Origin: Octopus sinensis | Lineage: Eukaryota | Reading direction: 5' to 3' | Length of the DNA stretch: 64,000 nucleotides | NCBI RefSeq assembly: GCF_006345805.1 | Contig: NC_042999.1 | Coordinates: 16,864,001 to 16,928,000, forward strand | In this document: in pieces, positions 40,306-53,930 of the stretch | Numbering within the stretch: the first letter of the stretch is position 1 | Layout of the letters: every line of letters begins with the position of its first letter | Translations under genes and position numbers: made by a program | The notes under the pieces: model-generated | What the model saw: the letters and a program-made list of their open reading frames with translations, nothing else | Database searches by the model: none | Told to the model about the DNA's origin: nothing

Positions 40306-40721
40306 TTCTTTTACTCTTTTACTTGTTTCAGTCATTTGACTGTGGCCATGCTGGAGCACCGCTTTTAGACGAGCAAATCGACCCCAGGACATATTATTTG
40401 TAAGCCTAGTACTTATTATATCGGTCTCTATTGCGCAATCGCTAAGTTACGGGGACGTAAACACATCAGCATCGGTTGTCAAGTGATGTTGGAGTGGACA
40501 AATACAGACACACAAATGTATACACGCACGCATATATATATAAACACATACATATATACGATGGGCTTCTTCCAGTTTCCGTCTACCAAATCCACTCACA
40601 AGGCTTTGGTCGGCCCGAGGCTATAGTAGAAGACACTTGCCCAAGGTGCCACGCAGTGGGACTGAACCCGGAACCATGTGGTTCGTAAGCAAGCTACTTA
40701 CCACACAGGCACTCCTACGCC
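40306..40721 (-). mobile_element. SINE family C
   Basis: Reverse-complement match; short GCCTTATT direct repeat at both ends. Confidence 0.85.
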
Positions 40722-41375
40722 TTATTGTGCTTTTTGTATAGAAACATGTCTGTTATTTCTGGGATATTTTCATCCATAAAACCATAGTGCTCTTTCCATT
40801 TGTTAAACACCAACCAAGAAAATGACGAACAAGAATGCATACCAATATTTTGACTTTCTCTGTAGAAATAAATTCTCGATAAATTCTTGACAGTAAAGTT
40901 ATTCTAGCATGATATATTTGTCCCGGATAGATACTCAAAGACGGAACTAAACTGCTTCCTTGTAAACTAAACAGACTCATATTTCTATTACAAATAATAC
41001 CGAACGTTCTTTGTATGACAAATTTATGATTTCAATATGTTTATTTATATAATGCAGAAACGCAATTACAACTTTTGCACAAATGTTATTATAATGAATA
41101 AGAATAAGTATTGCATAAAAGGAGTCGAAGTTCTGCTTGCAAAGAGCCAATTATTGTGAAAGATAATTAATATTTCAAAATAATCCATGCTGGGAGAAGA
41201 CAAGCGAAATAGATTTACATATAAAAACTTTCAGTGTTTTATTTCACTGTTCTACGCTAAGTAAACGAAGAACAAATTTCTCTTTAAATCACTTGAAATG
41301 ATATAAATAGCAAACACTAACTCAGTATACTGCTTGATACAATTCGAGTGTTCTTCCAAGAGTGTGTGTTATATA

Positions 41376-41638
41376 AATAAAATAAATAAATGCGCCCTTT
41401 TAAAGCCCAGCCAGGGTCATGGGCCCGGTTCCTCGGTTTCTATAGCATATGTGTTCCTCAGCTGGACGGAACGCCAGTCCATCGCAGCGTTACTCATTTT
41501 GCCAGCTGAGTGGACTGGAGTAACGTGAAATGAAGTGTTTTGCTCAAGAACACAACGCGTCGCGCCGTCCAGGAATCGAAACAACAATCTTACGATCATG
41601 ATGCTGACACCCTAACCAATAAGCCACGCGCCTCCACA
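41376..41638 (-). mobile_element. SINE family B variant with TSD
   Basis: Minus head GGAGGCGCGTGGCTTATTGGTTAGGGTG; TSD TGTGTGTTATATA at about 41363 and 41639; (ATTT)n tail also seen at 960-1010. Confidence 0.85.
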
Positions 41639-41774
41639 TGTGTGTTATATACCTAATGGTGAAACAAAATCATATTTAACAAGCCAGGTTTGCCACCTAA
41701 GTAAAAAAAACAAAGATAAATAATTATATATTCGTACAAATAATTATAACGCATGCTTGTAATATTTTCCCCTT

Positions 41775-42196
41775 TGTCTTTTAATTGTTTCAGTTATTAG
41801 AGTACGGTCATGCTGGAGCACATTGTTACAGAATATTTTGTCAAATGAATTGACTCTTGTACTTTAATTTTCTTGCAAAGCCTGGTACTTATTCCATCAG
41901 TCCCTTTTGCTGAATCGCTACGTTACGGGGACGTAAACGCACCAACACCAGTTGTCAAGCCGTGGTGGGAGACAAACATTGACACAAAGACACACACACA
42001 CACAAACACACACATACACGCAAATTTATATACGAGGGATATCTTTCAGTTTTTGTCTACAAAATCCTCTCAGAAGGCATTAATTAGCCTTAGGCTGTAG
42101 TAGAAAATACATGCCGAAGGCGCCAGGCAGTGGGACAGATCCTGGAACCATGCGGTTGGGAAGCAAGTTTCTTACCACACAGCCACATATACGCCT
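41775..42196 (-). mobile_element. SINE family C, diverged
   Basis: Reverse-complement match. Confidence 0.75.
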
Positions 42197-43559
42197 ATAT
42201 CCATGCAGCCACGTATTAATCGTGACAAAAATCTAATTCCATGTTATGAATGTCTTATGGAAATATTGACGATTTGAACAGAATACAAGATTAACTTCCG
42301 AAGAAATTTCTTTGAAATTATTAAAGAATTGTTAAGCAATTATAAAAATTAAACTACTTTACTCTTTGCTAATGATATTTGACTGAACAGGAAATTTGCG
42401 CTGTGGTGTTCGTGCTTTTTAGGAAAACATTTTTCACATAAAAAATGTATTCTTGGCCTACCAGTTTTAGTGTTAATCTCCAGTTCTGTGACGCCCTGCT
42501 ATTTGATCGCGAAATATTGATTTATCACTTTGAAACACATCCACAGACTTTTTGAAAAGATTTTATTTATGCAATCATACCCGCACACCATTGTTCGTTG
42601 CGTACTCAATTTTATATCAATTCCAGAGTTGATAAAGAGTCGAAACCGTTTCTTTCGCGACACTTACCAAGTAAGTGAGATATTAATGTCCATCTGCAAC
42701 ATTAAATCACCATATAATAGCAGCAATAAGGCCACGAATACTTCTACTAATGCAAGAATGTGGCTTCTATCATACTGTTAATCACTATATTATAATTGAT
42801 ATGCCATAAGATATGAATTAACTTCCATTGTTTTCGTGGATTATAAAAGAAAACAATGAGATCCTACTTAATGCAGAGCGTAATGATATAAAATAAAAGC
42901 AAGGACATTCAGTACTTACAGAGGTAATGCAGCGAGCAACATGCACTAGACAAATCAATAAACGATTTACCTTTGAATATCTAAGTCTCATTATCCATTA
43001 ATAATGGTCTTTCTCTAAATATTTCGCATCAAATTAAGAAATCATTGTAGTATTGAGAATCCTTAGAACTGATAAAAGTGACGCTGCTAAGTGCTTTGAT
43101 GAGGCAATTATCTAAATCGTCTAATCTTTTATGTATGGGAGAGAAATCATTATCTCGTTATTGGTTAGGCCCAGGTTAGCCTTGATTAAGCAGATGTATG
43201 ATTAAAATCCACCCCCCACTCTGGTCACTCAACCTGCATTTTTCAGAACTATATTATTCATCGTGTTCTGTCTTTAAGACAGTGGAATGTGATTTAGAGA
43301 AGATTAAACTGTTGCTTATTTGTTTCATTTGTAGATACATGTAATCCGCTATTTTCTATTTCTCATCTCTTTAATTTTTCCATCGTAAACAATGAGCAGT
43401 CTCGCTACCATAAAAGCTAAATTTACGAGCACTCTTTACCTGCCACCCAATGTCTCAAACTAGTAGATTCTGTCATCACTCCTTCTCGCCTACTAACGAC
43501 AGAATCTCTCTTCCTGTCACATCTCTCTCTAAAGAGACAATACATTTGGAACCCTTTCT

Positions 43560-44152
43560 TATGTCTTTATTGCCCCCAAAGAGCTAAACATAGAGGGGAC
43601 AAACAAGGATAGACAAACGGATTAAGTTGATTAGATCGACCCCAGTGCGTAACTGGTACTTAATTTATCGAGCCCGAAAGGATTGACCTCGGCGGAATTT
43701 GAACTCAGAACGTAGCGGCAGACGAAAAACCTATTTCTTTACTACCCACAAGGGGCTAAACACAAAGAGGACAAACAAGGACAGACAAAGGGAATAAGTC
43801 GATTACATCGACCCCAGTGCGTAGCTGGTACTTAATTTATCGACCCCGAAAGGATGAAAGGCAAAGTCGACAACGGCGAGATTTGAACTCAGAACGTAGC
43901 GGCAGACGAAATACCTATTTCTTTACTACCCACAAGGGGCTAAACACAGAAGGGACTAACAAGGACAGACATAGGTATTAAGTCGATTACATCGACCCCA
44001 GTACGTAACTGGTACTTATTTAATCGACCCCGAAAGGATGAAAGGCAAAGTCGACCTCGGCGGAATTTGAACTCAGAACGTAGCGGCAGACGAAATACGG
44101 CCACGCATTTAGCCCGGCGTGCTAACGTATCTGCCAGCTCGCCGCCTTCTGC
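43560..44152 (-). mobile_element. SINE family A trimer inside one 19-bp TSD
   Basis: TSD TACATTTGGAACCCTTTCT at 43541-43559 and 44153-44171; one head and three ~185-bp units. Confidence 0.9.
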
Positions 44153-44829
44153 TACATTTGGAACCCTTTCTGCTACATAATTTTGTGGATCAGGTATTGA
44201 CAGATTTACCTGTCTGAGTTGTCCATTGGATTAATTTGTATCTTCACATTCTGTTCAACCTGGCTGGAAAGCCGATATTTCTATGACTTTTAACTTCAGC
44301 AATAAATGAGTTTTATCCATAACATATTCAAGACAGTTAAGCCTCTGACCAAAATCAGAATATTGAATCTTTTCCACGACGTTTGAAAACTCGATTACAT
44401 CGTCCCCCAATTGGTAAGGATAGCGATAATATTGTCCACAATATTGCTGTCAAGAAGAAAAAATTTAAATGATAAGAAGTAATAAAGATGAGAGACATAA
44501 ACGTGAGGTCAGGAAAGGTGCAGCTACCATTTTTCTGTATTTGATCGAGTCTTCTCGACCAGCCGTTCAAGCAGTATCCCAGTTATTCTCTGTCTTACAC
44601 AGATGAAGACTGACCTGTGACATGGTCACAACGGACGAGGAAATAAAAGGGCCTCGTTGACATGTAAATAATACTTGGCATGTAGAAATTTGAGATGAAA
44701 TTTCGCTCTGTTTATACCAAGCACAATACATCACAAAATTATAACATTACTCACACAGAATAGATTACACCGAATAAGTACCGTTTTATATAAACGCCTT
44801 ACGCGTAAAATGTGTGGTCAAATGTACAC

Positions 44830-45315
44830 ATAATACAGTTCTATACTTAACAAATGAGGAATTATGTACATTATTTACATTACTTACATTTGACGGATAT
44901 GCCCAAGGACATATGGCGTAGTGGTTAAGAGCGCGGGCTACTAATCCCAAAATTCCGAGTTCGATTCCAGGCAGTGACTCTAATAATAATAATTATAATA
45001 ATAGCAATAATAATAATAATAATGATAACAACAACAACAACACCAACAACAACAATAATAATAATAATAATAATAATAGTAATAATAATAATACGAATTC
45101 GGTAAGGTCTACCGAAAACACTCGGCGAGAAACGGAAGAAAATTTGAGGAAAGAAGGAAAAAAAATAATAATATCGAAAAATACTTCAGGAATGAGAACC
45201 TAGTTTCGAAATTTCCCCAAGACACCTGATGAAGGCTGGAAGGTATATCAACCGAAATGTGGTGTTAACAACAAACAAGATGAGGACAAATAAATGTAAA
45301 TAATGTAAATAATGT
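44830..45315 (+). mobile_element. Composite element: inverted tail, tRNA-like head, (AAT)n, hammerhead, tail; 10-bp TSD
   Basis: TSD AAATGTACAC at 44820-44829 and 45316-45325; A box TGGCGTAGTGG 44914-44924; B box GAGTTCGATTCC 44957-44968; hammerhead 45221-45266; 44835-44900 is an inverted, extended copy of the 3' end. Confidence 0.8.
45221..45266 (+). ncRNA. Minimal type I hammerhead ribozyme motif
   Basis: GACAC-CTGATGA-A-GGCTGG-AAGGTATA-TCAACC-GAAA-TG-TG-GTGTT; canonical core, cleavage triplet mutated in this copy. Confidence 0.7.
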
Positions 45316-46012
45316 AAATGTACACGTACTTGAATGAGAGAGAGAGACAATTGCTCTCAACAGAATTGAAGTACTAATACTATCGTTAGATGCTGTATCG
45401 TACGATCGATTGACTTTCTATAGAGATGAAACAAAGCAGCTGAAAACTAACTCACACACAGTTACTGGATTTAATACTCTGAAGACTACATCTTTTCCAA
45501 TACGATAAAATCCTACGACTGAATATCGTATAACTTTTTGATATGAGAACAGTCATTTAGTATATAGAAGATCGTGAGTAGATTTAAGTAGTACTAATGT
45601 CTAACAGAGTCAGAAATAAGTATTGCCAAAGACCCTATTTACTTGAGAAAACGTGAAGTGTTATGATGAAATAATCGAGAGCTTTTAACAATGTGTGGTA
45701 TAATAAAACTTCGATCTAACTAAAGCTAAATTTGAAATAAAATCATTGTACTTCTGCAGCAACTCAACACATACTCCAAACTGTGTTGGAAAGACAACAG
45801 AATAAGATTTAAAATGGTTATATATATAATTTTTAACGAAACTAGATCGATAAAGCTTTTGGGTGGATTTATTTGGTCCTACCACCCTAAGTGGATAAAT
45901 GCAAGCCCTCTTTATCACCTCTGTGCAATTAACGTTTATGTCAATATGCTCTACAAACTGTCACATGCAGAAATATCGTAGAAAGTGTCTGCAGAATGAA
46001 AACAAACCTGTA

Positions 46013-46536
<524 letters not shown>

Positions 46537-48233
46537 ATCATATTTGAGCGTAGGATAGTAGAAATCTGTCGTCCAAAGGAACACATGCATCAATACCTCG
46601 CAAGCGTCAGTTGAATCCTGACTAAACTGAATTTCTTTTTGAATTAATAAAATCATTTATGTAATATGGAAGCTCAGAGTTCACAAAAATCTTATCCTGG
46701 AGGTAGAATGTATCCCACGAAGTAGAGAACCAGTATGTTACATATCATAAATAAACCAGCCAGTTACACGGACCCCCACCACCACACACACACATATATA
46801 AGGCTTTACACACAGGCTCACGTACATACATATATATATATATATGCTAAATAAATTGACCTGAGCCAATTAGTGGTTATAGTTTCCTCGTACGTGATCT
46901 CGGATATCAGAACAGCTTCCAGCGCATATGCTGATCATAGCAGAATTACGAGCGTAACAATATGAACCGAAAATGGAAAATGTCAAACTACAAGAACCTT
47001 ACACATATAACTTGATAAATTCGAGATGCAATTAAGTCACTGCTGGGAAAGATGAAGAACTTTGCCATTAATTCTTCACTAAGATACTGTTATTTTAATA
47101 TGTAAGGCTAGTTCGGTCAGAATACCTGCGATATTAAGGAATTTCTAAACCTAATGATGCAATCATTCATGCGCATCTTATACATACAGAAATATGGATG
47201 CAAAGGTTCAAAACAAAATGGCAGCCTTGATAATAAGGAGAGAACAAGATATTATATTAGTGAAACATATCATCTGCATTATTTCTTCCATCTTTTCGAT
47301 ATACGTAATTGAAGCAGTTTGAAATTTGTTTTCCTACACGGAAGCTATGAATTCTTATCCTGTCATATGACTGAAAGCAAATACAAGTCGAAAAGGTGAA
47401 AAAGTATCTGGCATTCGCGCTCTCCTCTGTTGAATCTAATTTTCATTTCCTTCGGATATATTTATTGTGCTTTGAAATCAGCATATCCATAAGAGATGTT
47501 AGTTCTGCACGAATACTGAAGTATATGGTCTATCAATAGTGTATATACATTAAGTATGGTACATTCATGGCTATTTTAATTTAATATCCCCTCAGTTGCA
47601 TATACCTGATTTTTAATCAGCCATGTAGCACTTCGCAACATCAGTGAATGTTTAATTTACATTTCTTTTGATTAGAGATGGCAAATATAGATGTCTACGT
47701 CTATCAATATTTTCTCAGATTCTACCAAACTTTAGTAATGAAAACATCTAAGTGGTTTACATCAGTAAGGCGAGGTTATAATTTGGAAGGTATTACTCCC
47801 TTTTGAAAGGAAAGAGAATAAAATTTATTTGTTTCCAAAATCCATCATTATTTTACTCTGTAATTTCAGTAAGTCCTTGAAAGCTAAGCAAATCATGAAA
47901 ACAGAGTGGGATTATAAAACCCCATGGTCCTGTCCTTGCTACAATGGAAGGACGTTGCTAAATATAATATGACCTGGATTGGGTCAAGAGGATCAGAAGA
48001 GGCCGGATGTTGAGCATCATCTTTTCCAGTGTGTCTAGCTTGCATTGTATTTTTCCAGTGAACTTGAACACCGCAGATCCTCATGGATCAGATACCGTTC
48101 AGGAAAAGTAAGTTTCATAAAATGTTTTAGTTCATGATTGTGGATATTAGACAAAGAAATGTTAACAAAATATGGACGCAGAAAGAAGTATCTACATTAG
48201 AGGCGAGGGAGTATAGAAATGGTTAATAATAAT

Positions 48234-48294
<61 letters not shown>

Positions 48295-48316
48295 TAATAA
48301 TGATAATAATAGTAAT

Positions 48317-48880
48317 AATGAAATTATTGTATATAGTGCTCAGGTGTCTCACAACTTGTCAAAAGTGCGTATAAAGCATATACAGTAATGTACAAATGTC
48401 TGGAAAGTGAACAGTGTATGAGTCAGATACATGCTTGCGTGTGTATGGAGGGGAGAAAATCAGGTGTAGTGTTGGCGAATCTCTGGAAGCATGTAAGTTA
48501 TTACACGGTATCAGTGGTCAGTATATCAGCTGGGTCGAGGATGTATACCCTAAGATTAGGGCGTTGCACACACGCGATTGCAATACTGTGGTAACAAGTC
48601 GCGCGCCGATGCGCGCGTTGTCTTCTTGCGAAAAACTCTACCTCTCATGTTAGTCTGAGATCAGTTTGAGGGCTGATATGTGGTACATGGCACAGCAGTT
48701 CAGGCAAAGTCGAATTCACGGAGGAGGTGACTTAATGTAGAGTACTTACATTCAGTAATTACAAACGAATCATTTGTCCTGGTTGTTCAGCAAGAAATTG
48801 CAAGACCGTCTTTCTCGGACTACCAGCAGTGATAAGAAAAGAAGGGAGTAGAAAATACAGTTATGGATTTAGAGTATGTC
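48317..48880 (-). mobile_element. Probable LINE 3' end (CR1/L2 group) with (TTA)n tail
   Basis: GC-richer block ending on the minus strand in ...AATAATTTC(ATT)n; no clear protein motif. Confidence 0.4.
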
Positions 48881-48953
48881 CCAAGATGGCAATCAATGAA
48901 ATGTACATCGTTAGACTGACATATGAAACACTAGTATCTTTAGCCGTAATACA

Positions 48954-49037
<84 letters not shown>

Positions 49038-49221
49038 TACTAATTATATATAATATATGTGTGTGTGGTGTGTATGTGGTGTGTGTGTGTGTGTGTGGTT
49101 TTGTGCGTGCGTGTGTGTGTAAATAGACGTATGCATGAAAGCATTAACATATATGTATGTATGTATGTATGTATGTATCTATCTATCTATCTATCTCTCT
49201 ATCTTGTAAATACATGTAGTG

Positions 49222-51418
49222 TTAAGTTAGTTAGTTAGTTAATTTGGCTCAAAAGCAAATAGCAAGGCCATGTAGGGGGACATGGAGTTAAGTACAGGGT
49301 GGTGTTCATGTAAAGAGTTCAGGCCACTTGAGGTCCAGGGAGGCTTTGAACAAAGCGGTCGTCGGCATCTTCACCATCTCGTCTGGCAGCTTGTTCCACG
49401 GATCCGCAACCCGGACGGAGAAAGCTCCTCTCCTTCGATTGAGATGAAATCGTCGCAGGTAGAGCTTTTCGGAATGACCCCGCAGCCGACGCTCCGGAGC
49501 AGGAGTGAAGAATAGCTCTTTCGAGAGGTTACACTTCCCGCTTATGATGTTGGGCGAGAATGAGATCACCACGGCGGCGGCGTTTTTTTCAAGAAGAGAA
49601 CAAAGGTCGAGCGTCCTCAGCCTTTCTTCGTAGGACACATTTTTGAGACCATGAACCATGCGGGTAGCCAGCCTCTGGACTCTTTCGAGGTGCTGTATGT
49701 CTTTGAGGAGATAAGGAGAAGAGGCTTGAATCCCATACTCCAATATGGGTCTCACCAGCGTGACATAGAGTGGCAGGAATATGGCTGCTGTGAGCATTCC
49801 GAATGACCGTCGAATCAAAAACAGAATTCCGCGCGCTTTGTTGGCAGCATGGACGCACTGGCCGAAGGCGAAAAGGAGGAATCCACCAAGATACCCAGGT
49901 CCTTTACCTGATCGGTCCTCTCCAGCAGCAGACGACCCGGCTCGAAATCAAGTTGAGCTGCAGGAGTAGAGCCGACAGGCAGATGACAGCACTTTGACAC
50001 GTTCAGACACAGGTCCCAATCGTTAGACCACTTCCAAATTTGGTGGAGGCATCGACGAAGATCCTCTATACTACTGCGAGGAGCGACCAGTTTGATATCG
50101 TCGGCAAATAGAAGGGTGTGTTGCGTGCGTGAGGTCGTCGGGCAAGTCATTTATGAAGACTAAGAACAACAAGGGCCCAAGCACTGAACCTTGAGGCACG
50201 CCACTGCTCGCAACTGAGACGTCGGACCGGCGACCCATTAACTTGAACTTGGAAGGAGCGATCTGAGAGGAAGCCACCAACCCATCGTACAATATCGGAT
50301 GGATGGAAACTATATGCTTGAAGCTTGACAAGTAGTAGACGGTGGTTTACCGAGTCAAAAGCTTTGGCAAAGTCCAATAAAACGATGTCAACAGCATCAC
50401 TATCATCGAGGATGCGCGTCACCAATTCTTCCGTTACTAGTAAGTTGGTCAAGCATGATCTCTTCGGCACGAAGCCGTGTTGGGAATCAGTGATCGAGGC
50501 TGTGTTTAGGAGGTGGAGCATCATACTTTCTTAAGGATGGTTTCGAACATCTTGCTGATTATTGATGTAAGGGAAACCGGTCGGTAGTTAAGCGGGTCTT
50601 CGCGGCTCCCTTTCTTGAAAATTGGGCAGATTATCGCTGTTCTCCAGTCTGCAGGTATAACACCCGTCGCCAATGACATATTGAATAGTCGTGTTAGGGC
50701 TCGCAGATGACCGGAGCCAACGCTTTGATAACCCGTGGGTGTATGCCGTCAGGGCCGTGACCCTTGTTGACATCGAGGCCTTGAATAACACGTTTGACTT
50801 GGTCCCGCGTGATGATCAATCGAAGCATTGGAGGTACCGATCTATCAAATGGAGGGGTTTCACGACCATCATCTTGTTTGAAAATAGTTGAAAAAAGCCT
50901 CGGCAAATAATTGACTCTGTTGATAAGGGTCCTCAATCGATACGCCTGTTGAGTCTACCAACGTTGCAATCTGGTTGTTCAAGCGGGAATTCCGCTGGAC
51001 ATGGGCAAAGAAGGTTTTTGGATTGCTACTGGCATTTGCCGCGATTTTGTATTCATAACTGAAGCGTTCTTTTTCAATTTTCACGGCTCGGTCTCGTTGA
51101 GTTTTGTACACCTCAAAAGCTGCAGTCGAATCCAGATTTTTGAATTCAGCCCAAGCAATATCTCTGAGTCGACGTTCTCGTTTAACCTTCTTCGTCACCC
51201 AGGGCTTGTTGTTTCTTCCTCTTCGGAAGTCCAACGGAACTGCCTGGTCAGTCATCAAACAGATTACATATGCTTTGAGGGATGACCATAGTTCGTCAAC
51301 TGAGGACAACGTCATCAGGGAACGCCAGTCCAGAAGCGCGGAAGCCTTGGTTAGAATTTCAAGATTAATTGCAGAGAAGACTCTACGTGGCAGCGAAGTA
51401 ATCGTGGGCGTGGAAAAA
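49222..51418 (-). mobile_element. 5'-truncated CR1-clade LINE ORF2 (RT), frameshifted
   Basis: Successive fragments KPWVT, NPKTFF, KGHGPDGIHPRV, QHGF...SCLTNL, LDFAKAFDSVNH, SGVPQGSVLGPLLF, LFADD, VRPILEY, LERVQRLATR, LRGH, RV...WNKLP; (TAAC)n 3' tail. Confidence 0.95.
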
Positions 51419-51452
51419 GTATATGTAAATATATATATCTGCGGTGTGTATA

Positions 51453-51490
<38 letters not shown>

Positions 51491-51570
51491 CATGTATATA
51501 AATATGAGTGTGTATGTGTGTATGTATGTGTGTGTGTCTATATAACACATACAGGTATTCATTATATATA

Positions 51571-51616
<46 letters not shown>

Positions 51617-51813
51617 CTACATATTAGATAAGATTTGAGTAGAAAACTTATAGTATGCTACTAAAAGCTCCTCCACATTAATTGGCTACCTGAGGTCATT
51701 ATACATCATAAATGCTCTCCTACTGGATATGCATCAGGAACTCTAAAGTAACCTTAGTGTCTTTGTAAATAGATGACGTATAGAAAATGGATTGAACAAT
51801 ATTTTTCATGGAA

Positions 51814-51921
51814 AATCATTACAATTGTTTCGACACACTATTACCCCCGTAGTATATTGGTGAGATATTACGTAAGCACTATGCTCCATCAAAAGTGTAA
51901 AATGTCTCTCCTCAGTTGATT
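51814..51921 (-). ncRNA. Hammerhead ribozyme motif with long stem II insertion
   Basis: Minus: AATCA(A)-CTGAGGA-GA-GACA-[~70 nt]-TGTC-GAAA-CAATTG-TA-(A)TGATT; canonical core, GUA triplet, palindromic stem III; host element runs to (TA)n at ~51615. Confidence 0.7.
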
Positions 51922-52315
51922 GCTTAAAGTAGTGCTTCGCATGCAGAGAGAAATGACAGAAGGATCTTACGAAAGACTTATTTAAACACTCGCTTAAAAC
52001 ATTTTACACATTTGGAGGATGGTAGTAATTATATAACATCTCATCAATGAGTTGCTATGTAATAACATGAGTAAAAACGAGTCGAATCATTTGTTGCAAT
52101 TTTCACTGAATAACGATATTCAGTCTATGTTCTATTGTTCATCTATATTTATATAAACACACACACACACATAGGCACATACACACACAAACACACATAG
52201 TACAAAAGTATTATCTCTTTCTATCATTCTCTCTGTTTATCTATGTATGTGAGTGTATGTATGTATGTATGTATGTATTATATGTATATGTATGTATGTA
52301 TGTATGTATGTATCA

Positions 52316-52426
<111 letters not shown>

Positions 52427-52442
52427 ATATATAAATACGACG

Positions 52443-52742
52443 TGGAGGCGCAACGGGCAGCGGACTCGCAGTCGTAGGATCGCGGTTTCGATTCTCAGAC
52501 CGGGATTTGTGAGTGTTTATTTAGCGAAAAACACCTAAAGCTCTACGAGGCTCCGGGGGTGGTGGTGTGTGGCGATCCCTGCCGTACTCTTTCACAACAA
52601 CTTTCTGTCACTCTTTCTTCTGTTGGCCTGCTCGCTTAGCTAGCGGAGTTGCGACATTTGAAGGCTACAACAATGCGAAGCTCATTGTGATCAGCGATGT
52701 GTAGCAAAATCTGATAGCCTGGTCGGTCACAGTGATCACATT
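52443..52742 (+). mobile_element. SINE family B variant
   Basis: GGAGGCGCAA...GGCAGCGGACTCGCAGTCGTAGGATCGCGGTTTCGATT head with a distinct tail. Confidence 0.8.
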
Positions 52743-52926
52743 GATATATATATATATATATTATATATATATATATAATATATAATATATATATATATAA
52801 TTTATTTCAATACTATATTGAATATACTACCCATGATGTTTGTGGTGATAACATAGAGACATTAATTTATTCAATAATTTCTTTGAGAATAACTGGTGCA
52901 TTATTACTATTGCTATTATTGTTTTG

Positions 52927-52989
52927 ATCATCATCGCCGTCGTCGTCGTTGTCATCATCATCATCACCATCATCACCACCACCATCATC

Positions 52990-53034
<45 letters not shown>

Positions 53035-53088
53035 GTCGTCATCGACATCATCATCATCATCATCATCATCATTTTCATTATCATCATT

Positions 53089-53124
<36 letters not shown>

Positions 53125-53149
53125 GTCATCATCATCATCGTCGTCGTCG

Positions 53150-53212
<63 letters not shown>

Positions 53213-53258
53213 CCACCACCACCACCACCACCACCACCACCACCACTACCACCACCAT
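52927..53258. repeat. (CAT)n/(CAC)n microsatellite
   Basis: Direct reading. Confidence 0.95.
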
Positions 53259-53808
53259 TATTTATTTTTAATAATGATATGCTTGTTCAGGATCTCCTGC
53301 AATTTAATTCATCTGATATATTCCAGGCAGATCTCTCAGTCTATGGCTATAGGTGAAACAAAACGCGATGTACTAAAAATACAAAACTAGATATAAAAGA
53401 CATTTGTTTCTCCATTTATCTGATTATAACGTTTACATATGATTATAGCCAAACCATATGTAGCTTAAATTTAGAACACAGCCTTTCAATTCTTGAGAGA
53501 AAAATGCCTGCAACCCTTTTGAGAGCTGGCAAACCAATAAGTCTTTGTATAATCTAATTAGTCGGCTGTATATTTTCAATGTAACATTAGCCTAATATCA
53601 ATGTAAAAATGAATATATTTAAAGAAATATAAATAGCTACCAGTCACTATATTGTCCAGAATTTGATTTAGATCCTTTTTATATTTATTAAAGAATGTTT
53701 AAACTCGTAGAAGTGAAATGAAATTAATTTAGTGACTTGGAGATATGTATCTGTTTCCGTATGTGTATATGTATGTATATATATATGTGTGTGTGTTATA
53801 TGTGTGTA

Positions 53809-53930
<122 letters not shown>

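Noticed and set aside
44907-44980. Functional tRNA gene (also 28605, 35797, 59406)
   Set aside because: A and B boxes are present but acceptor stems do not pair and each continues into a SINE body.
49306-51315. Programmed frameshifting in CR1 or Tx1 ORF2
   Set aside because: Frameshifts are numerous and scattered, consistent with decay or long-read indel errors.
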